Assembly: GCF_009914755.1 (NCBI RefSeq)
Contig: NC_060939.1
Direction: 5' to 3' (one strand)
Source: the human T2T-CHM13v2.0 reference genome, Homo sapiens
DNA length: 64,000 nucleotides
Part shown: positions 13,126 to 28,689 of the stretch, piece after piece
Numbering within the stretch: position 1 is the stretch's first letter
Layout: every line of letters starts with the position of its first letter
The notes under the pieces: model-generated
Databases searched by the model: none
What the model saw: the letters and a program-made list of their open reading frames with translations, nothing else
Told to the model about the DNA's origin: nothing
Program-made: the position numbers and the translations under genes

Positions 13126-14339
13126 GGGCCTTTGGCAGAGACTGTTGTGCCTGCTGTTGCTCTCCTGTGGAGCTCCTCAATAGGTCATGTGGGCAGTGAG
13201 TTTTTTTTGGTACATCAAATATGATGTTTCCTAAAGACTTCAGAATCATGGATTCCAATGCCTGGTCAAGTGATCCTAACACCATAGCTTGATTTTTGTC
13301 TTGTTTTTCTATTCCCAGCTGAGTGTCATGGAAAATGCCCCAGGAGCTGGAAGGAAATTGCTAACCAAGAGCAGAAAACACTGACTGGCTAGACCAGCAG
13401 GGAGGGGCAGTGTCTGAAATGGATACAGGGAGGAAAAAGATGGTTCAGCTTCTTTTTTCTTTCTAGCTCAAAGGATCAGCCTCACTTTATAAAGTTTGGT
13501 AAAAATTTTCATGAGTGAAGCTCATATGATAAACAAAGGTATTCCCAATAATTGAACTTGCCAGTGCCCCCTGTGTCCACACCCTGTGGCTGTTAGGGCA
13601 CCTCTGTAAGACTCAGTTTCCTTCTCTGTAAAATGGTGGGACACGGTTTATAATGTGGTTGCTATAAATGCCTACAGTCACACCCAAGAGGATGTCTTGC
13701 TCATGGATATTAAATTAATATTCTTTCATTGGCCCTTCCCTGCTAGACTCCCTCCCTACCTCTGTCTATCTGAATCTTCCTAGCACTTTCTTATCCCTTC
13801 AATAATTCAACATTAATGGTTTATTAAACAGAGCCTTCCTAATGGGCTGTTATTGACCTGATGCAGAGCAAATCTTCCACTGTGGGGTTGCCCAGGCCCT
13901 TGACAGGAGAGTAACTGATGGGAGAGGCTGACTGTGATGGTGTTCTCGGGCCAAGAGGGAATGGCCCAAGAGCAAATCCTAATACTGTTACCTTCATGCC
14001 TTGGAAAACCTCTTAACCTCCTGAAACCTCAATTTCTGCAAAATGGGATTCATATCACCTTTGCCATGAGGTTTCTATGAAATTGAATCAATGTAGGTGA
14101 ACCTCCTAGCTCCTCACACCTCCCCACTCTGCGCCTAGGGCTCAGGCCAGCCCCAGCTCTGGGGAATGTGTTCAGTTATCCACCTGGTCTATCTGCGGGA
14201 CTACAACACCCATGTATCTCCCTTGCTTGAAGTCTCACCATAACAGATTTGTTCCTTTGAGTCCACCTCCAGAAGTCTCTGTGGTAAAGAGAAGTGCCTT
14301 TGTCCACCACAAGCCCCTGGTGGCTGACGACTAAGAGGC

Positions 14340-14490
14340 AGGGCAGTGAGATGGAGGGAGCCCTGAGGGAGGGGTTGGGATTCCTGGCACTAGTCATGCT
14401 GACTTTCTTGCTACGTGACCTTGGATAAGTCACTTTCCATCTCCGGACTTTAGTTTCCTCAGATGTAAAATCAAAGGCTTAGGTTGTATG
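14340..14490 (+). mobile_element. MIR
   Basis: gtgaccttggataagtcactttccatctccggactttagtttcctcagatgtaaaat. Confidence 0.75.
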
Positions 14491-14744
14491 GAATCTAGGA
14501 TTTGCTCCATCTGCAACCACAATTAGCTCAAAATATTAGTTTTGAGATTCCCAGTGGGGTTCCAAAGAAGGGGATCTCAGACATGTCAGTTTCGATGAGA
14601 CATGTGGTGAAAGGGCAGAAGCAAGGGCCAGGGGCAGGCTGCCTTTGTACGGAACCAATGCTTACTCACACCTGTCACACTCGATGGCTCCAATCAAGGC
14701 TCCTCATTGGCTGGCTGATTCATTGATTCATTCATTTTCTTTAT

Positions 14745-15430
14745 AGAGTTTTCTCTGACCACACCAGCCCAGAGTGTTCTCTCCCCTCTTTGACCCTCCA
14801 TGGCCCTTCCTGTGACATCTCCTCCATTATCCTTTGGTGGCCTTGGCTATTCTGCAGATGGCCCTGTACCTGTCATACTTTCCCTCACTGTTCCCTCTTC
14901 TTGCAAGTCCCTTCCTCTCTATCTCCCAAACTCCTGGCCATCACTTCAGGGACTGCTCAAAAGTCACCTTCTCCAGGAAGTCTTCCTAGGCTTCTAATTC
15001 TAAACTCTCTCCCCTGTGCTCTCTCTATGCCTATTAATATCCTTCAATGTCTTCCCATTGACACAGAACTAGGCCAAAACCCTCAGTGTAGCTCCCCAGG
15101 CTCATCTCTCATCACTCTCTTCCCCCGCAACCCAGCTCTAGTTATGCCAGGGAGTCTCTCAACTCCACTCAGGTGCTTAAGTTGCTGCTTCTGCCTGGGG
15201 GCTCTATTCCTCACCCTGTTCCCATAGTGAGGATACTTAATGACTTTAAGACTCAGCTCATATCCCTGGTACTGGCAGGAGTTTATTGAACTCATCTTCT
15301 GGTCTGTATTCTCTGTTTCGTAGTGAGCCAGTCTTGTCCATGACTGCAGTGACACTGGCTTATTTGTCTCTGAAGTCACACTGCCTTGCCTATGACCTAG
15401 CACATAGTAGGTGCTCAGTAAACATAGCAG
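14745..15430 (+). mobile_element. L2 fragments
   Basis: aaagtcaccttctccaggaagtcttcc; 3' end cctagcacatagtaggtgctcagtaaa. Confidence 0.65.
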
Positions 15431-15613
15431 TGAAAGGAATCCTCGTATGTGTCCATCACAGCACCCAGGAGGGGCTGTTATTGACCTGCCCTGGACAGGT
15501 GTGTTGATGGGGCAGTGGATTAAAAGCTTTGTTTGCAGCAGCCCTGGGATTTGGAGTCTTGGAACAGGCTGATCTGGAGAAATGGCTCCTGTACTAAGTG
15601 TACATATGTATAT

Positions 15614-15615
<2 letters not shown>

Positions 15616-15645
<30 letters not shown>
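15616..15645. repeat. (GT)15 microsatellite
   Basis: Directly visible. Confidence 0.97.
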
Positions 15646-15646
<1 letters not shown>

Positions 15647-15934
15647 TTCTCTGTGGGCATGTATGCTGGGGTCTGGATATCTGCCATGCATGGGGGAAGA
15701 TTGAGTTCCCCAGGATCTCATGTCTCTCCCCTGACTTCCAGAGGTTTCCTCCTGGGCACTAAACCACCAGCCCAACAACTCCAGAGTCAATACAGAGATG
15801 CTCTTGGAGGGCCCTCCACAGTCCTGTAAAAGAGACAACGTTCTTCAGAGGACCAGGGCATGGACTTGGAGCTGGATAGCCCTGTGCTCTGTAGCCTTGG
15901 ACAGGTCTCTGATATCTTGGCTCCTCTGGGGTAA

Positions 15935-16150
15935 TTACTTATGCAGGGCTTCTCTTGTGCCAGGTGTTGAGTGAAACCCCTTGCTTGGATTATCTGATTT
16001 AATCTTCATAAACACCTTAGGTTGCAGAAGGGAAACTGAGGCACAAAGCGGTTAGATTACTTGTCTTAGATCAAAAAACAGCTGAGTAAAGAGCAGGGGG
16101 CTGAAGTCAAGCAGTCTTAGCTCAAAGCCCATGTTCTTGAGTGCTGCACC
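15935..16150 (-). mobile_element. MIR
   Basis: tgtgccagg...atttaatcttca...gggaaactgaggcacaaagcggttag. Confidence 0.75.
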
Positions 16151-17734
16151 CCACTCCTTTTCATAGAGTAAAGCCTGATAATACCTTCTTGTAGGATACT
16201 GAATTAATATAAATTAAATGGCATCTATGAAATGACTGGAACACTACAGAAATGCAATCTATGGAGGCTGATATAATCAATATCTATTTCAACCCTCCTC
16301 TCTTAAAGGTGAGGAAACTGAGGCATGGTTTATATACATGACTTGATAGTCAGCGTTGAGTATGGTAGTCTCAAAGTCATGTCTCCTGATGGCCAACCAG
16401 TTTCAGTTTTCATTATGCTGTGCCTTGTCAGGTAAAAATTAGAAAGAAAGGTAACCTAATATTTTGGAGGAATCAAGACTAAGAGAAAGGTGGGGTGGAT
16501 AGGCACTTGAGGATATGTGAGGACTTTTCCCCATAACTTCCCAACCACCAATGATTTAGGTCCTAGGATCCCAATTTGCAATTTGCATATCTGGTCTCAG
16601 AGAAGTAGGTGACTTGCCTGAGGCCTTTGCATGATAAGAGAGGGCCATGATTTGAACTCTGGCCTGTCTAAGTTAGTGATTTTTTCCTACATTCCCAGCT
16701 CAAAAGTGGGGCCCAAGATTAAGCCCACAGTAGACACAATTGTGACTACAGATTGTGGTGGGGATGGGGCGGGCAGTCTCTTTATTGCTGCTCCTCCTTC
16801 ATAGCATCAGGGGAGCTCCTGGGGCTGGGGAACAGGTACTCGGAGGGGCAGTGTGCCCTAGAGAAAGGGGCAGCTCTTGAAACAGGAAGTGGCTGGACTT
16901 TTTCTTGAGCACCAAGGAAGCCAAGAACAGCCATTTGGTCTTCATGTATCCAAGATAGCCTCTAGGGCCCCTTCTGCCCAGCAGGGTGACTTTCAAATGT
17001 CGGGAAGGTGATGTTGTACCCATAGGGTTGGGGGGTCATATGCCAGTGGCAGATAGAAAATATCTCAGAAATCTCAGGCTTTATTTTAAAAATGCGTGCA
17101 GAATTTAAGGAAATCTATTTCTTTCCCACAGCATATCCACGTGTGCATGTATGTTTGTGTGTGGGTATGCATAAGTGTGTATGCACATCGCAATTCTCTA
17201 ACTAACCACTGTTCTAGGAAGAGCTGCTGTGCCTTTGGTATAGCTCCCTATACTCCCTGGAACCCTGCCATGTATTCATCACCCTCACTCTGGGATATGT
17301 GTACTACCCAGCAGGTCAAATACTTCCATTTCCTGAGCCTAGGGAGGAACTGGGCAAACAGTTAAGGGCTAAAGGGGCATAGTTCATAGTGAGGATCTGC
17401 TCAGTGTGGCTGAGCTGAAACAGGTCAGGAAGTTACAAGATTGCCTGATGTCACCCAGTAACTGTAAGACTAGAACTCTGGTCCCTAAGTCCTAGTTCAG
17501 CACACATTTCCACCTCCTCTGGGCCAGCTCCTGGGCAACAGAATATACTTGGTCATACTTCTTGCCTTGTCTGCCTACCTGGCACATTGCTGGGAAACAG
17601 GGCTTCTCTCTGGGAGCCCAACATTCTGGCAATCAAATATAAAGTATGACTTGTGCCCACCCCACTCCTCCCCACTACTGTGGCTGAAACGCTGTGATTC
17701 CCACACCTGGGCTCTCCCACTTGCCCTTTTGGAT

Positions 17735-18690
17735 TTCTAGACAGGCAAGTGAGAAATATGTGATCTGTTTGGACTTGAGCAAGATATTTGGCAAGGTGTC
17801 TCATGCGCATCTCAAGGTGAAGAGTTAGGACTGGATGCTAGTGCAATTCAATAGATTAGGAACCGGTTAAAGGGCCATACCCAAATGGAATGGATAAATC
17901 TAACTACATCAGCCTAGATGAGGGTCTCTAGTGGCATGTCAAGGGACTCTGTCTTTGGCCATATCTTATTCAGCCCTTTTATCAATGACTGGAATGAAAT
18001 AGGTGAGGGAAGGGTGAACATTTATTGAGAAACTCCTGTGTCAGCAACTATTGCCAATATTTTACAAAGCTTATTTATCTTATCCCTCACAGCCTGACTG
18101 TAAGAGAGGTTGTATTACCCTTTCACAGACCAGGAAATAAATATGTAACCAAGGGCAAGCAACTTGCCCAAGGTCTCACAGCAATTAATGCAATAAGATT
18201 TGGCATCCAGACTGGGATCTGAAGGCTGGGGCTCTGTGTCACATGTGGCACTAAACTGTCTTATCACCGAGGGGCAAGTGGGAAGGTCAGAGGGATGGAC
18301 AATACCAGGAAGGTGAGAGGCAGGTCTGAAGAGGACTGAAATTAACACTGGGCCAAAATAACTGCACACCAAGATGCAAGGTGATAGAGACCTTTGCTCA
18401 CACTGGGGCTCAGATGCTCACCAGACACACACAGGATGTGGGATACCTGGGTCAACAGCACAAGTGAAAAGGTGTTGGGTTTTTAGTTGACAGGAAGTTT
18501 CATATGAGTCAACGGTGGGATGTGGTAGCCAACAGAGCTAATGTCACCGTGGCCTCCACAAGTGGAGGTACAATGAACAGAGCGAGGGAGGAGCTACTCC
18601 TTAGTCAGCGTGTGCCCAGGAAATGGAGCTCAGACCTGGTGACCTCAGTGGAAGACAAGCATCGAAAACCCGCCGAGCTCTCGGAGGGCA
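17735..18690 (+). mobile_element. L3/CR1 LINE reverse-transcriptase fragment split by a MIR at about 18015-18250
   Basis: Translates to decayed CR1 RT motifs LDLSKIFGKVSH and VSSGMSRDSVFGHILFSPFIND; the later part atgagtcaacggtgggatgtggtagccaacagagctaatg is typical of CR1. Confidence 0.8.
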
Positions 18691-20155
18691 GGGAAGAGGG
18701 TTGCGGTTGCTGCTGCACATTCCTCTCCTCATTCTTTGTCATTCCCAAAATTACCAAAGCTTATTAATACCTTTCTGAGAAGTTATGGCCACTTCTTGAT
18801 TTTTATGCTTTTGCCTTTCAAGCCCTAAGAATATGCTACTCATTCAGTTTTGAATTTTTATTAATGTAACTTGAGTGAATGCAGGGAGTCCTTGTGACCC
18901 AGTCTCTACATTAAGTTATAGTCAAAGAAGCACAATCCAATAACCAAAAGAAAGTAAGAGATTTTCAATCTTTATGCACATCTCTCAAAGGAATGAAAAG
19001 AATGAGACCTGCTTTTAGTTCTCTGTCTCATTTCCTTATGCTTCAAAAAACATCCACTCTACGAAACACTCCAAACTCTCCTATATCCAGTCAACCTCTT
19101 GTGCCATCTCCCTTTGGTTCTTCCATATCTCCATTATTTAGATGGGCTTAACATCTGTGTTTTCATTTTCTTTTCCTTTTTCTCCTCCTTGACTCCACTC
19201 TTCTTTAGTTTTCTTTCTAGTTTACTTCTGACCCAAATTCCTTTTTACAAAGGAGAAGTCAGGAACTGACCTAGCAAACCAGAATACTACCCCTTCCCTC
19301 CTGTCTCTGCAACACTGCCCATCTCTCCCCATCCTCCCCATCCTGGGAACCTGGATGGCCAAGATGGAACTCTTTTTTGAGAGCTGGGGGAGGAGAAATG
19401 GAGCAGGCAAGGAAGACAATTTTGGTGGTGGGTGGTAGCAAACATGGTGTTGGAAAAGATGGTGGGGAGGCTGGGAACACTCTACATACCAACCTTGTCC
19501 TCATCACATTAGCATGTGGGCACTGTGGGTGGAAGAGCCTGGCCACTCATGCGTGACAAACTCCAACACAGACTGCCATGCAAGAGCTACTTGTTGTAGT
19601 GAATGGCAGCAAGGAGAGGCCCCTCCTTACCCCTGAGATCCCCATTGCCATGGATGGTTCATTTTCATTACCTTGCTGGTCTCCTTTTCTTTGCAGAGTT
19701 GACTGTTTCTGTAATAGCATACCTTGAGATCTACTCAGAAATGGCAGACTGGGAGAGATGGCACTCCCACTTATTCCACGTGCTCTCCTACACTTCCCAG
19801 CCTCCTAGGTGAGGGCTGTGTGGCTTGTTCTGACCAACGCAGGCACACCTTGGGGATATGCAGGTTCCATTCCAGACCACCCCCAACAAAGTGAGTATCT
19901 CAATAAAACAAGTCACACATTTTTTTTTGGTTTCCCAGTGCACATAAGTTATGTTTACACTGTACTATACACTATTAAGTGAGCAATAACATTATTCCTA
20001 AAAAAAGTACATACCTTAATTAAAAATACTATATTGCTAAAAAATACAAATGATCATCTGAGGCTTCAGTGAGTTGTAATCTTTTTGTTGATGGAGGGTC
20101 TTGCCTTGAGGCTGATGGCTGCTGACTAATCAGGATGGTGGTTGCCAAAGACTGA

Positions 20156-20478
<323 letters not shown>

Positions 20479-21962
20479 AGTAATTTCTTAAAAGAAGATA
20501 ACAATGAATTTTATCACATTGATGGACTCTTTCTGTCAAGAAAGTTTTCTCTGTAGCATGCGATGCTGTTTGATAGCATTTTATCCACAGTAGAACTTCT
20601 TTAAAAATTGTAGTCCATCCTCTCAAATCCTGCCATTGCCTTATCGACTTATGCAATGTTCTAAGTCCTTTGTTTTCATTTCAACAGTGCTCACAGCATC
20701 TTTACTAGGAGTAGATGCCATCTCAAGAGACCACTTTCTTTGCTCATTCATAAGAAGTAACTCCTCATCTGTTCAAGTTTTATCATGAGATTGCAGTAGT
20801 TCATTCCCATCTTCGGGCTTCACTTCGAATTTTAGTTGTCTTGCTATTTCCAGCACATCTGCAGTTACTTCCTCCACTGAAATCTTGCACCTCTATAATT
20901 CATCCTTTAAGATTACAACCAACTTCTTCCAAACTCCTGTCCACATTGATATTTTGACTTCCTCCCATGAGTCATGAATATTCTTAATGGCATTTCGAAT
21001 GGTGAATTGTTTCCAGAATATTTTCAATCAACTTTGCCCAGATCCATTAGAGGAATCACTATCTATGGCAGCTATGATCCTATGAAATGTATTTCTTAAA
21101 TAATAAGACCTAAAAGTGAAAATGTCTCCTTAATCAATGGACTATAGAATGATGTGTTAGCAGGCATAAAAACAACATTAATCTCCTTGTCCATCTCTAT
21201 CAGAGCTCTTGCGTGACCAGGTGCATTGTCAATGAGCAGTGATATTTTGAAAGCAGAAATCTTTTTTCTTCTGCAGTAGGTCTAAATAGTGGGCTTTAAA
21301 TATTCAGTAAACCATGCTGTAAACAGATGTGCTATGATCCAGGCATTGTTGTTCCAGTGATAGAGCATAGGCAGGGTAGATTTAGCATAATTATTTGGAG
21401 TTTTGGAATGATAAAAGAGTATTGGCTAATGTAAAGTCACCAGTTGCATTAGCCCCTAACAAGAGAGTCCCCTTGTTATTTGAAGCTTTGAAGCCAGGCA
21501 TTGACTTCACTCTGGCTAGGAAAACCCTAGATGGCACCGTCTTCCAATAGAAGGCTGTTACATCTATGCTGAAAATCTGTTTTTTAGTGTAGCCACCTTC
21601 ATTAATGATTTTAGCTAGATCTTCTGGATAACTTGCTGTAGTTCTACATTATAGCACTTGGTGCTTCACCTTGCACTTTGATGTTCTGGAGATGGCTTCT
21701 CTCCTTAAACCCCATGAACCAACCTCTGCTAGCTTCCAACATTTATTCTGCAGCTTCCTCAGCTCCCTCAACCTTCATAGAATTGAAAGAGTTAGAGCAT
21801 TGCTCTGAATTAGACTTTGGCTTAAGAGAATGTAGTGGCTGGTTTGATCTTTCATCCAGACCACCCAAACTTTCTCCATATCAGCAATAAGGCTGTTTCA
21901 CTTTCTTATGACTCATGTGTTCACTGGAGTAGCACTTTTCATTTCCTTCAAGAACTTTTCCT

Positions 21963-22318
<356 letters not shown>

Positions 22319-24554
22319 TCAACTTCTCTTGGCTTTTGACATGCCTTCCTCACAAGCTTCATCATTTTTAGCTTTTGATTGAAAGTGAGAGATGTATAAC
22401 TCATTTTTCCACTTAAATATTTAGAGGCCATTTTATGGTTATTAATTGGGCTAATTTCCATATTTTTGTGTTTCAAGGAATGGGGAGGCCGAAGGAGAGG
22501 GAGAGAGAGAGAGAGATTGGCCAGTAGGAGCAGTCAGAACACACAAAACATTTATTAATTAAGTTCGCTGTCTTACATGGGTGCAGTTCATGGTGCCCCA
22601 AAATAATTACAATAGTAGTATCAAAGATCACTGATCACACATCACCATAACAGATGTAATAATAATGAAAAAGTCTGAAATATTGCAAGAATTACCAAAA
22701 TGTGACACAGATACAGGAAGTGTGCACATTCTATTGGAAAAACGGCACCAACAGACTTGCTCTACACAGGGTTGCAACACATTTTCAATTTGTGAAAAAC
22801 ACACAATATCTGTGAAGTGCATTAGGCAAAGTGCAATAAAATCAGGTATGCCTGTAGAATGAGGCTCATGCAGTTAAGAGCTGGTGTGGCTCCTTCTTGT
22901 CTTTCATGGGGTGATGACTTGGAGGCCCTGCATGCCCAATGGCCTGCAGAATGGAGGAGGGCCCCCCACTCCATGGCATTCTCCATGAGCAAGAAATAAA
23001 CTTTCATTATTTTAAATCTCTGAGATTTCAAGGTTGTTACTTCAGCATAGCCTGGCCTATTCTAGCGAATACCCAGCATGTTGGAGTTCACTGAGTAATT
23101 GCTGCTCTTGAGTTCTTTAACACCATGAAGGAAAAAGCTGCCTCTTGAGCCACCCAGGGCAGCTGATTGACACTTTCCCTCACTCTCATCATCCAGCCCA
23201 GATGGCACTTCCTGTTTGGTAACACCTCACGTGGGCTCCTTCGTCCCCCACCAACTCTGCCAGTCACCATCCTACACAGTCAAATGTGCACAGTATTAGA
23301 GGTTTGCCAAGAACACATCCTTGTGTCTGCCAAGGAGCGTCTGTTTGAGGAAGAACATTCTAACAGAGAATGTTCAGAGACAAAATGCTGGCTGTGGGAG
23401 ACAGTCAAATCTTTGTCTCTATGATGAGCAAGTGGAGGCTGGATGGCCACTGTGGATAGGGGGCAGGGGTCCTGAAGATGGGATGCCAGTCTCAAATGGG
23501 GAGGGGTTGGGCTGGGAGGGGCAGGATGAACAGGATGATTTTTAAGTCCCTTCCAACCCGGAGAGTCCCCACCTTACTGCCTAACTCAGTATTTTTTTTT
23601 GAAAGTGCATGAATGAATACATTTCAGTCACAAAGAAAGTAAAGGACATATGAAATAAAATAGCCTGACTTAATGAGCAAATAAGAATTATAACACAGAT
23701 TCTTTCTGAAAGGTGTAGCCTCATGAGATCAATGTTCTCAGCCCTCATGAGGCTGACGGATGGTGAAGAGTGGTCAGGAAGGCATGTGACGCATATCCGT
23801 AATTTACACGCCAGCCACAAAGAGGGCTGAGCTCAGGGAGGAGTCAGAGCCTTGAGACAGGCTGAAGCCATCATGATAACAGCCCCTCACAAGGACACCT
23901 GGTGCTTTGTCATGCACAAAGTGCTCCCCCTGACATCCTGAGTGCTCAGAAACTATTTTCTCTGAGCTTTTAATCATAGATCATAGATTATCCTATATCT
24001 CTGAGCTCTTCTTATCATAGCCTCAGGAGAGAAGAACTGCTATTCCTATTTTATAGATGGGTAGGCAGTTTTCAGCAATTTCCCCAAGATCACATAGTGA
24101 GTAATGGGGAGATCCAAGACTTGAACCCAGATCCTGTTACACAAAGTGGTGGGTTTTAAAATAAGAGAATACACTTACTCCAGGCACTGGAAGCTGAAAT
24201 TGCAATTAGTTCACATGCTCCCAGGTTCCTGAGAACTTCCACTTTTGTGTGTAATGTTGATTGTGGACAGATATTATAGGGACAGGCTGACTCTGAACTG
24301 CCTTGAAGACAAGAAGGATTTTCTTGGGAAAAGCAATGGACTGGGAGACAGAGAGTCCTGCAATACAGGCCCTGAATCTTTTTCTGACCCACTTCATTAC
24401 CAAGAAACCTCAGTTTCCTCATCTGAAAGTATGAGGAAAGATGTTGATCTGGTCTACCATGAAGAATTTCTGTGAGGACCCAATGCGAGGATGGGGTGCA
24501 CATATTTTGAAAACCAATAAAAAGCTGTAAAGAACTATAAAAAGCTGGGGTTCT

Positions 24555-25300
<746 letters not shown>

Positions 25301-25824
25301 GGATTGCAGGTGACAGCTGGTGGTGCCTACCACAAGCTCCAATACCAAGATGGGCACTGAATTCACAGGGATCTTTTAAATTTAGTTTCTGGATTTGAGT
25401 GAAAGCAAATTGGGTTGCCTCATCCTTCGAAGGAAAAGTGGATCCATAGTATTCTACTGTCAGAAAGGGAAATAGAGTCACCTTGAAGACAAGAGGTGAG
25501 AGAGTGCTGCAGGTCTGGAGGGCCAAGTGGATAGAAGCTCAGCATGACCTCCCTCTCTCTGTCTCCCCTTTGTTCACTTTCATTAGTCCCGTTCACTTGG
25601 GCTGGGAGAGCTGGATCCGGGGAGCTCATTAATAGCCTCTGGGTTTGTGTGTGTCTCCACCCGAAGAAGTCTAACCACAGACTTCCTCTTGACTCTTGGC
25701 AACAGGGAGAAAACAAAACCACAGCAGCTTTCATTGCTGAAAAAGACAAAACTGACTCGTTTGCTTAATAAGCCCAGACGGAGGAACTTTATTTCTGGGA
25801 GGAAGTGCTGAAGACTCCGGTACA

Positions 25825-26193
<369 letters not shown>

Positions 26194-26369
26194 TTAGAGG
26201 TTGAGAGATTGGTGGGAGGAGGCCACGAGTCCAGGGCTCAGTAGGACTACGGGGCAGAAGCCTGTGCTGCAGATAGGTGGGACTTTGCAAAATGGATCTG
26301 CTTGGGGAAACTGAGGCCTCCTCCCACCTCCGACAACATCCAGACCTCTTTTGCCACTTCTGGTTTCCA

Positions 26370-26855
26370 AAAATCCATTTATGTATTTATTTTCCCTTTT
26401 TCTTATTTTCCCTTATTAAATTCATCTATTGATTAATTCCCATTTCATACTTTCTTTTTTTGTTTGCTTGTATTTCTAATTTCTTACGATGTATAGTCAG
26501 TGCTTTTATTTTGGTCTTTCTTCTTTAATAAGAAAGCCATTTCAGGCAATGTATTTTCCCGTGTTAAGCTTTTTTCAAGATCTCATAGGTTTTGAAATAA
26601 AATGTTCCCCTTTCCATCGGTTTCTAGATGGGTTTTAATTTCATTTTAATGTTTCCTTTGATCCATGGGTTACCTAGAAGTACGTTTATTAATTTCCAAG
26701 TAGTTAAAAATATTTTCAGCCACATTATTGTTTTCTTTTTAATTTAACATTATGGGGTTATAGTAAGAGATTGTGGCCTGTAAAATCTTTAATTTTAAAT
26801 TAATTTTTTTTCTTTGTTTCTAAGTATGTGTTCAGACTTTATAAATGTTCTATGG
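26370..26855 (-). mobile_element. Old L1M fragment
   Basis: T-rich; tttcctttgatccatgggttacctagaagtacgtttattaatttccaa resembles antisense L1 ORF2. Confidence 0.65.
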
Positions 26856-26924
26856 GGCAGGAAAAGCTGAGCTGGTTGGATTCATGCAGGAAAGAATGGA
26901 ATTCTAAAATGTGCTAGCTCTGAA

Positions 26925-27115
26925 GACATACTACCCTGTTTCCAATCTGGCTTCTACCCCTTTCCAGCTGTGTGTCCTCGGATGAAACACAGAATTTTCT
27001 GAGCTTTATTTTCCATTTAAAAAATGGGAACAATAAGAATATCCAGTTTCCAGTATTGCCGTGAAGATTAAATGAAATTACTTACTTAAAAATACCTAGA
27101 ATACTGCCTGGTGTG
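26925..27115 (+). mobile_element. MIR
   Basis: ccagctgtgtgtcctcgga...aaaatgggaacaataa...gtgaagattaaatga. Confidence 0.75.
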
Positions 27116-28689
27116 GATTAAAAAAACTCACCAAAGAGAAATATTGCTATTTTTTTTGCTTTTACCAAAAAAAGGAGGAACCTTCACTGTTTGTGTTCTC
27201 AGCTTTATCCTAACTCAGAGCTGTGGTTGCTGGTTGTTGAGGGAATTGGGAGAAAAGAGGAAATGGATGGCGCAGTGCGGCAGTCACCTTTCCTTCCACG
27301 GGAGGTACCTGGAGCCCGGGGGATGGAGCTACTTGCCCAAGGAAACACAGCAATTTGGTGGCAAAGCCAGGCCTCAAACCCAGGTCTCACCTGCTCATTC
27401 CTGCCTGTTCTGCTGGCAAGCTGCTCTAGTTTCTCCCTTGAAAGACGAGACAGTTGACTGCAGATTCGCCTCTACGCTGTAGGGAAGGCTGGAAGGTCTC
27501 AGGAGGCAGCAACCTCAGAGCTTTGTCATGTTACACCTTGCTGTCTGGGAAAGGGGAACTCTGAGGTCAGTAAGTTCCAAGAGAAGCTATAGAAAGAGGG
27601 TTGAATTGGGAGTGGTGGGAAGCTCTGGGCATTGCTGTTCCATTGATCAGTTGTGGCAGGAGAAAAAGCCAGTCCTCTAAAGCACCCCTAGGGGGAGGTC
27701 TGTCTGCACCCCTCTGGGCTTCAAGCCTTCATTGCCTGCGTGCCTTGCTTCCCAAGCCCTGGTACTGACCGTGGCAAAGGCAGATCCCCAAGAGGCCCCA
27801 TCTTCATTTGCCTAGCAGGTCCTATGTGGAGCAGAGCTCAGGGGCAGGAGCCCTCTGTTACTGTTCAGGGGGGCTCAGCAGCACGGATGTGCTCATGGAA
27901 ACTGGAGAAACTGGGGTGACAGCCTCAGCAGCACTGAGGAGGCCTAATTAAGAAGTAAGGCAAAACGAGATGCGCTGCTCGGCTGTGCTGCCAGCTGACA
28001 TCTGAGAGGGGCTGGCACTGTGCCCTGGAGCAGCCAGGAGCCATGAAGAACTCAGGAGGCATGGGAGCTTCTTTATGGCAGAAGTCCGGAGAGGAGAGGG
28101 AATCTCAGGACAGAATTACAAGGTGGAGGGTGGCTGAGTTATCTGATTAGGGCCATTGATCTTGGGAGCAAGTGACCATTTCTTGGCCAAGGACTCTCAG
28201 TATCCTCAAGCATCATGTCATCATGCTGTGTATAACCCACAAGTGGACAAAGATGCCTGGAACAGATATCACAGGGCATGGTTAAAGCACACATGGATAT
28301 GTCTCGGCAGCAGGTCTCTGACCTCAGACACACGCCCATGCTGTGGGGTAAGTTGTCACCAGGGAAAGCTTGGAATTAGAGGCTGATTTTCATAGCTCTT
28401 CCATGCAAGTTTTTAAAAAATGTATGGCCCCCATGATTATTATGAAAATTGAATAAATCCGGGCATGCAAAAGTGCTTTGTAAATATCAGCACAAGCACA
28501 GAAGAAAGTTATCGCACGTGCATTTTGGTTAGAAAGTGCTAGCTAATTCCTTGCTATGTCCCCAGCCCTTTGTTAGAAGCTGCAGAGGAATCAAATAGGC
28601 CTAGATCTTGTTCCTGTCCTCATGGGGCTTGTGGGTTTTCTCAGTGTGAAATGCTTTGCAATCATTGTCTCTCCCTCCCTCTTTCCCCC

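Noticed and set aside
15083-15838. 251-aa ORF with an HT repeat
   Set aside because: Reads through a (CA)n microsatellite and L2 debris
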